A DNA stretch of 64,000 bases. It comes from Candidatus Gottesmanbacteria bacterium (lineage in GTDB: Bacteria; Patescibacteriota; Microgenomatia; UBA10105; UBA927). Location of the stretch: positions 555,282-619,281 of the forward strand of contig JAHFKK010000001.1 in the NCBI GenBank assembly GCA_023245335.1, written 5' to 3'. Below, piece by piece: positions 19,853 through 31,570 of the stretch (its first letter is position 1; the number at the start of each line of letters is the position of its first letter). The notes beneath the pieces are model-generated. The model did no database searches. It worked only from the letters and a program-made list of their open reading frames with translations, and was not told where the DNA came from. Position numbers and translations under genes: made by a program.

Positions 19853-19882
19853 CTTCCGATTTTGTGATAAAATAGGAGTCCG

Positions 19883-22609
19883 ATGTTTAAATTCCTCACG
19901 AGACTTCTGGACAGCAACGAAAAAGAAATCGTACAGCTTCGTACGATGGTCGCGAGCATCAATGCCGCAGAGGCGGATGTGAAGCTCCTGAAAGATGCGG
20001 ATTTTGCGAAGAAAACCGCAGAGTTCAAAGAACGGTTGGCTAGCGGCCAGACACTCGATGATATTTTACCGGAAGCGTACGCGCTGGTGCGGGAAGCCTC
20101 GCTTCGGACGATCGGTGAACGGCATTATGATGTGCAACTCATGGCCTCTATCGCACTTCACCAGGGGAAGGTCGCAGAGCAAAAAACAGGAGAAGGAAAG
20201 ACGTTATCAGCAGTGCCCGCACTATACCTTAATGCGTTGACGGGAAGAGGCGCGCACTTGGTCACCGTCAACGATTACCTCGCCCGTCGCGATGCTGGCT
20301 GGATGGGCCGCATTTACCACATGCTGGGATTGTCCGTATCCGCGATCATCGGAGAACAATCATTTATCTATGATCCAGAATATGCGAATCCGACGGCAGA
20401 TGATTGGCGATTGGAACACCTGAAGCCCGTGAGCCGCAAAGATGCATATCGTGCTGATATTACCTACGGCATCAATTCCGAATACGGATTCGATTATCTC
20501 CGAGACAACATGGCAAGCGATATGAGCCAACTCGTCCAGCGCGAATACCATTACGCCATCATCGATGAGGTGGATTCTATCCTTATCGACGAAGCCCGGA
20601 CTCCGCACATCATCTCTGCGCCGGCTGAAGAAGCGACTCACAAATATTATGACTACGCCAAACTCGTGGATAAACTGACGAAAGAAACGGATTATCTCAT
20701 CGATGAAAAGCTCCGGACGGCACACCTTACGGACCACGGGATCCTCAAAGTCGAAAAGATGCTGGGTCTCGGGAATATCTATGAAACCAGTTTCGAGACG
20801 GTACATCATATAGAAGCAGCGCTTAAGGCGCGGGCGCTTTTCCAGCGGGAAAAAGACTATATCGTCAAAGACGGACAGGTGGTCATCGTCGATGAATTCA
20901 CGGGCAGACTCCTCACCGGCCGCCGATTCAGTGAAGGTATACATCAGGCCATCGAGGCCAAAGAAGGTGTCGCCATCCAGCAGGAAAGCAAAACGCTTGC
21001 CACGGTGAGTTTGCAAAATTATTTCCGCATGTACGAAAAACTCGCGGGTATGACGGGTACTGCCGCAACGGAGGCTGAGGAATTTAAAAAAATCTATAAC
21101 CTCGATGTCATCGTCGTGCCGACGCACAAACCCCAGGCCCGGACGGATTATGCGGATATGGTGTACAAAACCACACGGGCCAAATACTCGGCTGTAGCCA
21201 ATGACATTATCGAACATTACAAAAAAGGACAGCCGGTTTTGGTCGGCACTACGTCCATTGATAAAAACGAAATCATAAGCGATCTTCTGACCCGTAAAGG
21301 GATTCCCCATCAGGTTTTAAACGCCAAAAACCATCTCAAAGAAGCCATGATCATAACCGAAGCAGGGAAGAAAGCGGCGATAACGGTCGCGACCAACATG
21401 GCGGGCCGGGGAGTCGATATTATCCTGGGCGGCTCTAAAAAGGAAAAGTGGGAATACAAAAGCGAGACCGAATGGAAGCATGACATGACCGCCTGGCAAA
21501 AACGTCATGACGAAGTCGTTTCCCTGGGCGGGCTGTACGTCATCGGTACGGAGAGACACGAGTCCCGACGTATAGACAATCAACTCCGGGGCCGGTCAGG
21601 GAGACAGGGAGATCCGGGCGCGAGTAGATTCTATGTGTCGCTTGAGGACGACATCATGCGTCTGTTCGGCGGTGATCAGGTCTCCAAACTCATGACTATC
21701 TTCAAGCTTCCCGAAGACGTACCGCTTGAACACGCGATGGTCAGCCGTGCTTTGGAACAAGCCCAAACGAAAGTGGAAGGCTTCCATTTTGACAGCAGGA
21801 AACATCTTGTCGAATACGACGACGTCCTCAATAAGCACCGCGAAATTATTTATCGCAGGCGTCGAAAAATTTTGGAAGGCGAGAACCAAAAGGCTGCCAT
21901 CATCAAAAAAGTCGGCGATGAGATCGCAAATACTGTCGCGGTATACAGTCCCGAACATGCGGAGATAGACCGCACGAAGATCGTCATGGAATTCGTTTCC
22001 ATCATCCCCTTTGATCCGGCGTCCCAAGAGCAGCTCATGAAACAATTGGAGCAACTGCATAATCCGCAGGACATCACGGATTTTCTGACAAAAATCGTAT
22101 CTGACGTCTACGTCCAGCGGGAAACGCAGGTAACGCCCGATGTCATGCGGCAGATAGAACGTTGGGTAAGCTTACAAGTTATAGATAATCTTTGGATGGA
22201 TCACCTGGACGCGATAGATGATCTACGCGAAGGAATTGGTCTCCGGGGCTACGGACAGCGTGATCCGCTCGTCGAGTACAAAAACGAAGCGTTCAATATG
22301 TTTGAACAATTGGTTACCGGTATCGACAGTGAGATCGCACATAGGATCTTTAAAGTGCAGATACAGTTGGCTCCCGGTGCAGTACCGGCACAGACTACCG
22401 CTCCCAACGCCGCCCCCGTCCCGCAACCAGCGGTACCGGTCATCCCACAGGAAACCGTTATTTCTCAGGCCGCCAAACGGATGCGGACCAACGCAGAGTC
22501 AAGCTCGCCACAGCCAAAGGTGGTCGCCAACAAACTCGGCCGTAATGATCCCTGCTGGTGCGGCAGCGGTAAGAAATGGAAGAAGTGCCACTATCCACAA
22601 ACAGGATAG
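19883..22609 (+). CDS. secA: preprotein translocase ATPase SecA
   Basis: 908 aa with DEAD-like motor domains and the C-terminal zinc finger CWCGSGKKWKKCH. Confidence 0.95.
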   Translation: MFKFLTRLLDSNEKEIVQLRTMVASINAAEADVKLLKDADFAKKTAEFKERLASGQTLDDILPEAYALVREASLRTIGERHYDVQLMASIALHQGKVAEQKTGEGKTLSAVPALYLNALTGRGAHLVTVNDYLARRDAGWMGRIYHMLGLSVSAIIGEQSFIYDPEYANPTADDWRLEHLKPVSRKDAYRADITYGINSEYGFDYLRDNMASDMSQLVQREYHYAIIDEVDSILIDEARTPHIISAPAEEATHKYYDYAKLVDKLTKETDYLIDEKLRTAHLTDHGILKVEKMLGLGNIYETSFETVHHIEAALKARALFQREKDYIVKDGQVVIVDEFTGRLLTGRRFSEGIHQAIEAKEGVAIQQESKTLATVSLQNYFRMYEKLAGMTGTAATEAEEFKKIYNLDVIVVPTHKPQARTDYADMVYKTTRAKYSAVANDIIEHYKKGQPVLVGTTSIDKNEIISDLLTRKGIPHQVLNAKNHLKEAMIITEAGKKAAITVATNMAGRGVDIILGGSKKEKWEYKSETEWKHDMTAWQKRHDEVVSLGGLYVIGTERHESRRIDNQLRGRSGRQGDPGASRFYVSLEDDIMRLFGGDQVSKLMTIFKLPEDVPLEHAMVSRALEQAQTKVEGFHFDSRKHLVEYDDVLNKHREIIYRRRRKILEGENQKAAIIKKVGDEIANTVAVYSPEHAEIDRTKIVMEFVSIIPFDPASQEQLMKQLEQLHNPQDITDFLTKIVSDVYVQRETQVTPDVMRQIERWVSLQVIDNLWMDHLDAIDDLREGIGLRGYGQRDPLVEYKNEAFNMFEQLVTGIDSEIAHRIFKVQIQLAPGAVPAQTTAPNAAPVPQPAVPVIPQETVISQAAKRMRTNAESSSPQPKVVANKLGRNDPCWCGSGKKWKKCHYPQTG

Positions 22610-22628
22610 GTGATGTAATATAAACACC

Positions 22629-23768
22629 ATGAATGACGAAACGAAGCTGTTTGGCGGGATCATCCTTGCTACCGTTGCGATTATCGGCGGGGCGTTATTT
22701 TTCCTAAGCGGCGGCAACGGCTCATCAAATGCACTGAAAGCAGATCCGACGCTTCTCATACGGAGCGACAGCCCCAAAATATCCACATCATCAGCGACGG
22801 TCACCATGGTCGAATTCGGCGATTATCAATGTCCGGCATGCGGGGCGTATCACCCGGTCGTACAGCAAGTACTCTCTGACTTTAAGGGTTCTTTGAATTT
22901 TGTTTTCCGGGAATTTCCGCTTCCCATGCATCCCAATGCGCCTATTGGAGCTGCTGCAGCGGTCGCGGCGGGCAAACAAGGGAAATATTGGGAGATGCAC
23001 GATGCGCTGTATACTAAGCAGACCGACTGGTCCGAAGGCACGGATGCACGTGCGAAGATATTGGGATATGCGAAAGACATCAGTCTCGATGTTGTCCAAT
23101 TTACCAAAGATCTTGATAGCGCCGAAGTAAAAAGTTTTGTAGACCGCGACACCCAGGACGCGAATGCACTAGGGGTCAATGAGACGCCGACGTTTTATCT
23201 GGACGGCGTCAAGCTGACAAACCCCGCAAGCGTTGCCGATTTTGAAGCAATCATCAAAGCGGAGATTCAAAAGGCGCCGAAGCCAAGCATTTCACCGACC
23301 GCTGCGTATCATATACATGCGAATTTTGCCGTCAATTTAAACGGAAAAGCGTTTGATTTCACGCAGGCGAAATACCAGTCATCCAATGGGAAAGATATCA
23401 ATGAAGACATCCACCTGCATGACGGTAAAGGGGATATTATTCATATCCATAAACAGAAAGTTACGCTTGGGGATTTTTTTTCATCGCTCAAAATGAAGCT
23501 TACGAAAGACAGTTTCACGGATGACGCAGGGAATACATACGCCGTCAAAATGTATGTGAACGGCAAAGAAAATATTCAGTTTGATACCTATATCCCGCAG
23601 GATTTGGATAAGATACTCATTACGACAGCGGCGGATAAGACCACGATAGGAACGCAGGTCTCGGCAGTCGCGGATGACGCCTGCATATACTCACTCAAAT
23701 GTCCTGAGCGCGGTAAGCCGCCGACGGAAAACTGCGTGGGAGGACTGGGGACAGGCTGTAGCGATTAA
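22629..23768 (+). CDS. membrane-anchored DsbA-like thioredoxin-fold oxidoreductase (CPAC active site) with a C-terminal domain of unknown function
   Basis: N-terminal TM helix; CxxC motif (QCPACG); helical insertion; cis-Pro region NETPTFYLDG in canonical order. About 150 extra C-terminal residues follow. Confidence 0.75.
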   Translation: MNDETKLFGGIILATVAIIGGALFFLSGGNGSSNALKADPTLLIRSDSPKISTSSATVTMVEFGDYQCPACGAYHPVVQQVLSDFKGSLNFVFREFPLPMHPNAPIGAAAAVAAGKQGKYWEMHDALYTKQTDWSEGTDARAKILGYAKDISLDVVQFTKDLDSAEVKSFVDRDTQDANALGVNETPTFYLDGVKLTNPASVADFEAIIKAEIQKAPKPSISPTAAYHIHANFAVNLNGKAFDFTQAKYQSSNGKDINEDIHLHDGKGDIIHIHKQKVTLGDFFSSLKMKLTKDSFTDDAGNTYAVKMYVNGKENIQFDTYIPQDLDKILITTAADKTTIGTQVSAVADDACIYSLKCPERGKPPTENCVGGLGTGCSD

Positions 23769-24596
23769 TTAAGGTAGCCCGTACGCGGCAACGACGTCGC
23801 CCTTTTTTATCTGCGGGTCAATGCATCTCCACAGAAGTTGTGTACGCTTCATGTCATCACCGTTTGGCGTATATACGTATTTGACCGCGGTATATATCAC
23901 GGGTTTTTGACGTCTCTTCGAGTTGTGTTTGATAGCGCCGAATGCGCTGAGCGTCTCATCCGTCCAATGAATCAGCGTGATGATATCTTTCTTCCGGTGC
24001 GTACCCAGATCCCCGCATTCCATGAGCACATGCGCGATGCGGCGGGAATCCAAGAATGAAGAATAACGCATGAACGGATGACGGTCATGGACTACGACGG
24101 CAGCACTCGTCGTTTCCAGGAGCTCCCGTTGGAAGCCGCGTACCGCGGTATTTTTGCTTTGATACAGCCAGATAAACGGCGTCAGCTTTTCCTGTGTGGA
24201 TCCGCCGTGAAGGTCGATCCAAAGCGACGCGTCCTTGATGTACGTTTCGTACAGCCAATGCATGAGTTCATCGGTATGCGTGCCGTTTGCTCTTCCCGGA
24301 AAAATAAATTTGGGATACTTGCCGTCGATAGGGGATTTGCTCGTGCCAGCCCGAAACCCGGCGACATTCACAAGAGGCAGGAATCGAATAGTTCCTTTTA
24401 CTTTACTCGGCGTATACCGTTTATACAGGAGATGACAGGCAACAATTCCGGCGTATTCATCACCATCCATGCCGGCGGTTATTGTCACGGTTGGACCCGG
24501 TTCCCGTCCGACGATTTCGGCAAACGGCAATCGGACAGAACCGGCTGCCAACTCGGCGGTGACATGCGGTATGGAAGGAAGTGTGAGCCTCAACAT
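23769..24596 (-). CDS. succinylglutamate desuccinylase/aspartoacylase (AstE/AspA) family zinc hydrolase
   Basis: TAGMDGDEYAG and DLHGG motifs typical of the AstE_AspA family. Confidence 0.6.
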   Translation of the reverse strand: MLRLTLPSIPHVTAELAAGSVRLPFAEIVGREPGPTVTITAGMDGDEYAGIVACHLLYKRYTPSKVKGTIRFLPLVNVAGFRAGTSKSPIDGKYPKFIFPGRANGTHTDELMHWLYETYIKDASLWIDLHGGSTQEKLTPFIWLYQSKNTAVRGFQRELLETTSAAVVVHDRHPFMRYSSFLDSRRIAHVLMECGDLGTHRKKDIITLIHWTDETLSAFGAIKHNSKRRQKPVIYTAVKYVYTPNGDDMKRTQLLWRCIDPQIKKGDVVAAYGLP

Positions 24597-24638
24597 TTTG
24601 TCTTATTGTAACACGCCCTCTGTTATAATCAGACCTGT

Positions 24639-26057
24639 ATGGACTCATCGAAACCGAAAGACTCTTTACAGAATTCGATTCTCTCGTACCTTATCGAAGA
24701 CGCCATTCGGAAACTTCGTAAAAAACACAAATTATCGAAACAATCTAAATCGGTTGCGTCATCTATTCAGAGCACCATAGAAGCATTTACCTCACTCCGA
24801 CAAGAACTGAAAACGACTTCAACGTTCACTCTGATGGCCTGGCACGAATTATTTCTCCGATGTCATGAGCTATATGGAACCTTGGGGGGAATACTGACTG
24901 CCGATCACTGGCAGGCGCCGGCATTCGGATCGAACGGTGTGAATGAAGTAGGGGATGAACAGCGGAAAATTATTGCCAATCTCAATGACTACAAGCGCGA
25001 TCAGCATCCGATGGGTCTTCTCTGGGAGCACGCATATGCAAAGGCATTCCTCATCCACTCGTTCATGGAGGTACCGACCGCGTTCGCAACGACCAGCGGC
25101 ATGGCGGCCCTTACCGTCGCGGCGCTGGTAGTGCGGCAGCGGTTACCCAAAGAGTACCGGATCGCCGTAGGGGAGCATAGTTATTTTGAAAATCATGAAC
25201 TCCTTCATATGATGTTCCCGGCGGAGCGGATCGTTTTGTTTGATGAACGCCAACCGGCATCACTTCGCGCTATGCGTCCGAATGCAATATTTTTTGATCT
25301 CCTTGCCAATGATCCATCGATGACCGTTGCCGATGTTTCCGGTATTCTTTCGGTTGCCGCACGGATGGGGCATCATGTAGATGTCGTTGTTGACACTGCC
25401 TGTACGTCCATGGAACATTTCCGGGTTCCGGTTATGACCCGCGTCACCGGCAAAGTTTCGATTATCGGATTTGAGAGCCTCAATAAATATCATCAATTTG
25501 GGCTCGACCGCACGACCGGTGGTGTGCTTTGGGCATACGGCATCCTCAATGACATGGTGTATCGCGTACGGGATCACGCGGGCGTCATCATTCCCGAAAG
25601 CGCCGCCGCAACATTGCCGACGCCGTATCGGTCACTCCATAAACAGTATCTCAATAGACTGCAACATAATGCGATGTATCTAGCAAAGGCGATGCAGGAT
25701 ATTTCAAACATCCGGGTAAGTTATCCGGGATTGCCTTCACATACAGGGCACGTTGTTGCTAAGCGTGTGGGTTACTTCGGTTCGTTTATTTCCGTAGAGT
25801 TCCCTGGACAATCATGGAGGAAATACAGACCAGTGATGCGATCAATACTCGCAGAAGCAAAAAAAAAGAATGTGCCGATTGTTTCCGGGTCTTCGTTCGG
25901 GATGCCTATCACGAGAATCTATACGTGGTCCCCGCGAAGTCAGTTCGAGAAGCCATTTTTGCGAATTGCCCCCGGTTTGGAATCTCCCGAGGACATAGCC
26001 CGGATACGGGGTGTCGTGATACCGGTGTTACGTAACTGTGTGAAGGAATACAGATAG
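24639..26057 (+). CDS. PLP-dependent enzyme, Cys/Met-metabolism (cystathionine synthase/lyase-like) family, with an N-terminal extension
   Basis: SGMAALTVAAL and FESLNKY (PLP-binding Lys) regions. About 130 extra N-terminal residues. Confidence 0.55.
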   Translation: MDSSKPKDSLQNSILSYLIEDAIRKLRKKHKLSKQSKSVASSIQSTIEAFTSLRQELKTTSTFTLMAWHELFLRCHELYGTLGGILTADHWQAPAFGSNGVNEVGDEQRKIIANLNDYKRDQHPMGLLWEHAYAKAFLIHSFMEVPTAFATTSGMAALTVAALVVRQRLPKEYRIAVGEHSYFENHELLHMMFPAERIVLFDERQPASLRAMRPNAIFFDLLANDPSMTVADVSGILSVAARMGHHVDVVVDTACTSMEHFRVPVMTRVTGKVSIIGFESLNKYHQFGLDRTTGGVLWAYGILNDMVYRVRDHAGVIIPESAAATLPTPYRSLHKQYLNRLQHNAMYLAKAMQDISNIRVSYPGLPSHTGHVVAKRVGYFGSFISVEFPGQSWRKYRPVMRSILAEAKKKNVPIVSGSSFGMPITRIYTWSPRSQFEKPFLRIAPGLESPEDIARIRGVVIPVLRNCVKEYR

Positions 26058-26090
26058 ACAATTAAATATCTTTTATACTGATTATTCACT

Positions 26091-28628
26091 ATGACCCCCC
26101 CAATACATACGCATAAAGGACTTACGGATAACGAAGTGCGGGAGCGTTTCCTGCGCGACGGATATAATGAGCTGCCGTCGCAGAGGCAAAAGAGCATTTT
26201 TGCCATTTTGTTTCACGTTCTTTCTGAGCCCATGCTTCTTCTCTTGCTCGGGACCGGCGGACTATACCTCGTGCTTGGCGAGCCCAGAGACGCGCTCATG
26301 CTTCTGACATTTGTGTTTGTCGTCATCGGAATCACGCTCTACCAGGAACACAAAACAGAACGGACGCTTGAAGCACTTCGGAATTTGGCAAGCCCGAGAG
26401 CCCTAGTGATACGAAATCATGTGCGCCTCCGCATACCAGGGAGAGAGGTTGTCACGGAGGATATTATCGTGCTCCGTGAAGGAGACAGGATTCCTGCTGA
26501 TGCGGTCGTCCTAGAACAGGAAAATCTTTCAGTTGATGAATCCCTGCTCACCGGAGAGTCCGTGCCGGTGCGGAAGTCGGTTTGGGAAAAAGGCGAGGCT
26601 GCGGCCCGGCCCGGCGGGGATGACCTCCCGTATGTATATTCGGGGACACTGGTTGTCGCAGGACGGGGAGTCGCCCGGGTGACGCGCATAGGGATCGGTA
26701 CGGAAATGGGTAAAATCGGGAAGGCGCTTCATGAAGTCCGTGAGGAAGAAACGCTACTGCATAAAGAAACTTCCAAAATTGTCCGGATCGCAACGATCGT
26801 CGGGATTGCGTTATGCGTGCTTACCGCGATCGTCTATAGCGTCACACGCGGCACACTTCTCCAGGGTTTGCTTGCAGGGCTTACCCTCGGTATGGCAATA
26901 CTCCCTGAAGAATTTCCCGTCGTGCTTTTAGTGTTTCTTACCCTCGGAGCCTGGCGCATATCCAAACGCAAAGTTCTGACGAGAAATTCCGCAGCTATAG
27001 AGACGCTGGGAGCCGCGACCGTCCTGTGCGTGGATAAAACGGGCACACTTACGCAAAACAAAATGACGCTTGCCACCTTGTCGGCAGGTTTGACGTACCG
27101 CGAAGTGAGTGATTCCGCCTCGGCCCCTCTTCCGGATTCATATCATCGCTTGTTGGAATACGCCATGCTCGCGAGTCAGCGGGATCCGTACGATCCGATA
27201 GAAAAAGAAATCCACCGTGTCGGAAGCGATTACTTGAGCGGTACGGAACATATCCATGACCAGTGGACGATCGTACGGGAGTATCCGTTATCCAAAGAAT
27301 TATTAGCCCTTTCACACGTGTGGAAATCACCGGATGCATCCTCGTTTGTCGTTGCCTCTAAGGGAGCTCCTGAAGCGATAGCGGAATTGTGTCATTTGCC
27401 CAAATCGAAACGGGATGCGCTCAATATCCGTATAGAAGAAATGTCCAAACGGGGACTTCGGGTACTGGGAGTTGCGAAAGCGGTATTCACCAAAAAAACC
27501 CTTCCCAAGTCGCAGCACCAGTTCCGTTTTGAGTTTGTGGGGCTTCTGGGATTTTTGGATCCGGTGAGGACGACCGTACCTGCGGCGATACGTGAGGCGT
27601 ACGGCGCCGGGATGCGCGTCATCATGATTACGGGCGATTACCCCGGTACCGCATCATGGATTGCGCGGGAAGCAGGATTTGCACACCCTGACTGGGTAAT
27701 CACCGGGAGCGAGTTATCGGTGATGAGCCAGGAAACGTTGCGGGAACGGATCCGGACGACAAACGTATTTGCACGCACGATGCCCGAACAAAAATTAGCA
27801 ATCGTTGCGGCCCTTAAGGCAAACGGCGACATCGTTGCGATGACCGGCGATGGGGTAAACGACGCACCGGCCCTGAAATCCGCAAACATCGGTATAGCCA
27901 TGGGTGAGCGCGGGACAGATGTTGCGCGTGAGGCGTCGGATTTGGTGCTTTTGAATGACGACTTTTCCTCAATCGTTGCCGCAGTCCGTCTGGGCCGGAG
28001 AATTTTTGATAATCTGAGGCGCGCCATGGGGTATGTGATAGCCGTCCATATGCCTATCGCCGGGTTGTCGCTCTTTTTGCCGCTATTCCATTTGCCGATC
28101 GTGTTATTGCCGGCGCATATAGCGCTCATGGAACTTATCATTGATCCCGCGTGTTCAACGGTATTTGAAGCCGAACCGGAAGAAGATAATATCATGCGCC
28201 GTCCGCCAAGACCCCTAAATCAGCGGGTATTCGATCCTCATACGCTTGGTGTCAGTGCGTTACAGGGGGTGAGTGTCCTCGTCGCTGTCGTCGTATTGCT
28301 TCTCTATGTTCTGTACACCGGCAAATCGGAGACCGAAGCACGGACAATGGCATTCTCGGCACTTATCATCGCGAACATTTTGCTTATTGTGACGAACTTG
28401 TCCTGGCGGGAAAACTTTTTTGAAATTCTTATGCGGCGCAACACCGCATTGTGGTCAGTCATCATTGGGACATTTATCGCGGTGGCGCTTATCCTGTATG
28501 TGCCCTTTGCCCGCTCACTATTTCATTTTGACCTCCTGCATCTCACTGATATCGCGATTGTCTGTGTGACTGCAGTACTAAGCGTCGTGTGGTTTGAATT
28601 TGCCAAGTCCCTACGTCTGGTTCAGTAA
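26091..28628 (+). CDS. P-type cation-transporting ATPase (P2-type, Ca2+/Mg2+-like)
   Basis: Phosphorylation motif DKTGTLT, TGES, hinge GDGVNDAPAL, and ten predicted TM helices. Confidence 0.9.
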   Translation: MTPPIHTHKGLTDNEVRERFLRDGYNELPSQRQKSIFAILFHVLSEPMLLLLLGTGGLYLVLGEPRDALMLLTFVFVVIGITLYQEHKTERTLEALRNLASPRALVIRNHVRLRIPGREVVTEDIIVLREGDRIPADAVVLEQENLSVDESLLTGESVPVRKSVWEKGEAAARPGGDDLPYVYSGTLVVAGRGVARVTRIGIGTEMGKIGKALHEVREEETLLHKETSKIVRIATIVGIALCVLTAIVYSVTRGTLLQGLLAGLTLGMAILPEEFPVVLLVFLTLGAWRISKRKVLTRNSAAIETLGAATVLCVDKTGTLTQNKMTLATLSAGLTYREVSDSASAPLPDSYHRLLEYAMLASQRDPYDPIEKEIHRVGSDYLSGTEHIHDQWTIVREYPLSKELLALSHVWKSPDASSFVVASKGAPEAIAELCHLPKSKRDALNIRIEEMSKRGLRVLGVAKAVFTKKTLPKSQHQFRFEFVGLLGFLDPVRTTVPAAIREAYGAGMRVIMITGDYPGTASWIAREAGFAHPDWVITGSELSVMSQETLRERIRTTNVFARTMPEQKLAIVAALKANGDIVAMTGDGVNDAPALKSANIGIAMGERGTDVAREASDLVLLNDDFSSIVAAVRLGRRIFDNLRRAMGYVIAVHMPIAGLSLFLPLFHLPIVLLPAHIALMELIIDPACSTVFEAEPEEDNIMRRPPRPLNQRVFDPHTLGVSALQGVSVLVAVVVLLLYVLYTGKSETEARTMAFSALIIANILLIVTNLSWRENFFEILMRRNTALWSVIIGTFIAVALILYVPFARSLFHFDLLHLTDIAIVCVTAVLSVVWFEFAKSLRLVQ

Positions 28629-28638
28629 GGCGGGAGGC

Positions 28639-29838
28639 CTATTCGTATCGTAGTGCTTCGATGGGGTCGAGTTGGGAGGCGCGCACCGCTGGCGCGACGC
28701 CGAAGATGATGCCGATGACCGTCGAGAATCCCGCTGCAAGTCCGACGGACCAGAGAGTGACAGCAGTTTTGATAACTGACCGTAACGCAAGAGAGCCCAA
28801 CGCGCCGATAGAAATCCCGATGATTCCTCCCGTCAGACTTAATATAATTGCCTCGATGAGAAATTGAAACAAGATATCACGTGACGTGGCCCCGACTGCT
28901 TTACGGAGTCCGATCTCCCGCGTCCGTTCCGTCACGGACACAAGCATGATATTCATAATGCCGATGCCTCCAACGAGAAGCGATATCGCAGCAATGCCTC
29001 CGAGAGCGACGGTGATCACACCCAAAAATTGTGTAATGGTATTAAGTAGCTCCGTTTGCTGAAGCACAGTAAAGTCCGTGTCTTTGAGTCTTCGTAGCAT
29101 GACGTGATTTATGTCTTCTATGGCAGGCGCTATATCATTTTGGTTTGCGACCTTGAGTACGATCATTTGAGGGTTTGTGAAAGAAAACTGCCGGAGTGCA
29201 GTGGTATAAGGAATAAACGCGTGATCGTCCACATTTGATCCCATAGCCCCGCTGCCTTTGGCTGCGAGTCTGCCTTTGACCAGATAGCGTACGCCGGAAA
29301 TATCAATTGATTGTCCTACCGGATCGGCGTCACCGAATAAGTCCGCAGCCGGTTTATCCCCGAGCACCACGACTTTCCTTGATCGTTCCACGTCGCTTTG
29401 CCGAATGATATCTCCGGAGGCGGCCTCAAAGTTGGTTATCGTAAAATAATTTTCCCAAATTCCTGCGGTTTCCGTACTGATGGTTTTTCCTTTATACGTG
29501 AGTAACCCGGAGGCTGCGACTGCCGGGCCGATATCGGTGATCACCGAGCTTCCGTGGAGGATGTTATTTACGTCTGCCGTTTCGAGTTTGCTCGTCATCA
29601 TAGATTGCCCGGCGCTGCTCACGTTCTTGAGATCAATTTTTCCCGGCATGATATATATGGTGTTCGCGCCCAGAGATTGGAATTGTGTCGTGATATAGTC
29701 CTGCAGACCGGACCCTATGGAAACCAGAAGTATGACTGACGATACGCCGATGATAATCCCCAGCATAGTGAGCAGTGAGCGGACCTTATTGGTCCGGAGT
29801 GAACGTAATGCAAGCCTAATCGGTTCAAACATGTTCAT
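28639..29838 (-). CDS. ABC transporter permease, MacB/FtsX-like
   Basis: N-terminal TM helix, large periplasmic domain, C-terminal FtsX-like four-TM bundle. Confidence 0.85.
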   Translation of the reverse strand: MNMFEPIRLALRSLRTNKVRSLLTMLGIIIGVSSVILLVSIGSGLQDYITTQFQSLGANTIYIMPGKIDLKNVSSAGQSMMTSKLETADVNNILHGSSVITDIGPAVAASGLLTYKGKTISTETAGIWENYFTITNFEAASGDIIRQSDVERSRKVVVLGDKPAADLFGDADPVGQSIDISGVRYLVKGRLAAKGSGAMGSNVDDHAFIPYTTALRQFSFTNPQMIVLKVANQNDIAPAIEDINHVMLRRLKDTDFTVLQQTELLNTITQFLGVITVALGGIAAISLLVGGIGIMNIMLVSVTERTREIGLRKAVGATSRDILFQFLIEAIILSLTGGIIGISIGALGSLALRSVIKTAVTLWSVGLAAGFSTVIGIIFGVAPAVRASQLDPIEALRYE

Positions 29839-30527
29839 AGTTTCATTTTTCCCTTATCATTCATGATTTCGCCATCCGCTATGCGGATGATGCGTTTGGC
29901 ATGCTTGGCGACATTTTCATCGTGGGTGACGAGGACGATGGTGCGTCCGTGTGCGTGGAGATTTTCAAAGATATCCATAATGTCTTTCCCGGATTTGCTG
30001 TCGAGGTTTCCTGTGGGTTCATCGGCGAGTATTATGCTCGGGTTGGTGATCAGAGCGCGGGCGATCGCGACCCGTTGCTGCTGTCCCCCCGAAAGTTGAG
30101 AGGGGAAGTTGCTCATCTTTTCGGCTAAGCCGACTTCTTTGAGCATTTCGATGGCCCGTTCGCGTCGGGCACGGGAAGCTATTTTGGCATAGATGAGCGG
30201 TAGCTCCACATTGGCGAGTGCACTCGTTTTTCGTAGTAAGTTAAACTGCTGGAAGACAAATCCGATGTGCGTGTTACGGATTTCCGCGAGCTCCCGATCA
30301 TTGGCTCCGATGATATCCTTGCCCTCAATAAATATTTTTCCGCTTGACGGCCGGTCGAGACAGCCGATGAGGTGCATAAGGGTCGACTTACCGCTGCCGG
30401 ATGGGCCCATGATGGCGATAAATTCGCCTTGTTTGATCGTGAGCGAGACATCGCGAAGGGCCTGAAATGTCACGCCGTCCATTTTGTATTCCCTGGAGAC
30501 GCCCGCGAGGCGGAGAATATCTGTCAT
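29835..30527 (-). CDS. ABC transporter ATP-binding protein (MacB/LolD-like)
   Basis: Walker [13 protein letters not shown] signature LSGGQQQRV, Walker [12 protein letters not shown]. Confidence 0.9.
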   Translation of the reverse strand: MTDILRLAGVSREYKMDGVTFQALRDVSLTIKQGEFIAIMGPSGSGKSTLMHLIGCLDRPSSGKIFIEGKDIIGANDRELAEIRNTHIGFVFQQFNLLRKTSALANVELPLIYAKIASRARRERAIEMLKEVGLAEKMSNFPSQLSGGQQQRVAIARALITNPSIILADEPTGNLDSKSGKDIMDIFENLHAHGRTIVLVTHDENVAKHAKRIIRIADGEIMNDKGKMKL

Positions 30528-31570
30528 TGTGAAATAGAATTAAAGCCCTTCGTTACTACGACGTCGCCATCTGATAAGCCGGAGGTGACGATGATATCGC
30601 TGTCATTGCGTGGGCCGATGCTGATAGGAGTTTTGCTGTATCCTTTGTTTTTCTTTATGTAGACGTATGTTCCATTTGTACCTTCCCGCATGGCTTCTGT
30701 AGGAATCGTGAGGACGTCTGATTGGCGATCAACCTCGATCGAGATATCGCCATTCAAACCAATCCGGAGGTTCTGCGGTTGGTCAAAAGCGACCTTGACC
30801 GGAAACACAGTAGCGCCTCCTGCCGACGTTTCTGATGCGAAGGATATATACGAGACCTTTCCGGAGAACGTCGCCTCCGGAAATGCGTCCAGTTTGATTT
30901 CTGCCCGTTGGCCTAGCGTAAGACTTCCAACGTCTGTCTCGTCGACATTCGCGGCGAATACAAGACTCGTCGGGTCCGAGACCGAAAATACAGCGGTTGC
31001 CGGTGTGACATTTACTCCTGCGACCGGCGTATCTATATGGGTAACGACGCCCGCGATCGGACTTGTCAGAGTCGCAAATTCTACCGCGAGCGACTGAAGT
31101 TCGACGTCCAACACTGCTTTGTCCAGATCCCATTGGTTCTTTTGCAGGATACGTCTGACCGAATTATTGAGTGCGTCTGATAATGTTTGGTTGCCATAGG
31201 TGACCTGCGCCGTGTCGTCAAAGGTGGCGCGCTGATCGCTGTAATCCCGAAGGGCTTTTTCCAGATTTTTTTGTACCTCGCGGTTATCTAAACCTGCGAT
31301 AGCCTGTCCGGCTTTGACCGCATCACCCTCTTTGACGTTTACCCAAGCGAGTTTGCCGGATGTTTGGAACTTGAGGTCCGCGGATTTATCGGCTTGCGTT
31401 TTTCCGGATGACGAGATGTTTTTTACGAAGTCTCCGCGTTTGACGCGGGCGGTAGTCACCGCAGTTGTGGATTGTTGCGCGGCGTTATGTCGCATCCAGA
31501 GGACGACACCCAGTACGACGACGGCTATGACAGTGATCCATTTCCAATACCGTGAAAAGAAGGCCTTCAT
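30524..31570 (-). CDS. HlyD-family periplasmic adaptor (MacA-like)
   Basis: N-terminal TM helix, coiled-coil and lipoyl/beta-barrel regions. First gene of a three-gene efflux operon. Confidence 0.8.
   Translation of the reverse strand: MKAFFSRYWKWITVIAVVVLGVVLWMRHNAAQQSTTAVTTARVKRGDFVKNISSSGKTQADKSADLKFQTSGKLAWVNVKEGDAVKAGQAIAGLDNREVQKNLEKALRDYSDQRATFDDTAQVTYGNQTLSDALNNSVRRILQKNQWDLDKAVLDVELQSLAVEFATLTSPIAGVVTHIDTPVAGVNVTPATAVFSVSDPTSLVFAANVDETDVGSLTLGQRAEIKLDAFPEATFSGKVSYISFASETSAGGATVFPVKVAFDQPQNLRIGLNGDISIEVDRQSDVLTIPTEAMREGTNGTYVYIKKNKGYSKTPISIGPRNDSDIIVTSGLSDGDVVVTKGFNSISQ

Noticed and set aside
20360-22060. Several 150-316-aa antisense ORFs inside secA (and similar ones inside lysS, lon and the GT genes)
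   Set aside because: They are wholly contained within strongly supported housekeeping genes on the opposite strand and show no domain similarity. They are typical spurious antisense ORFs of a moderately GC-rich genome.
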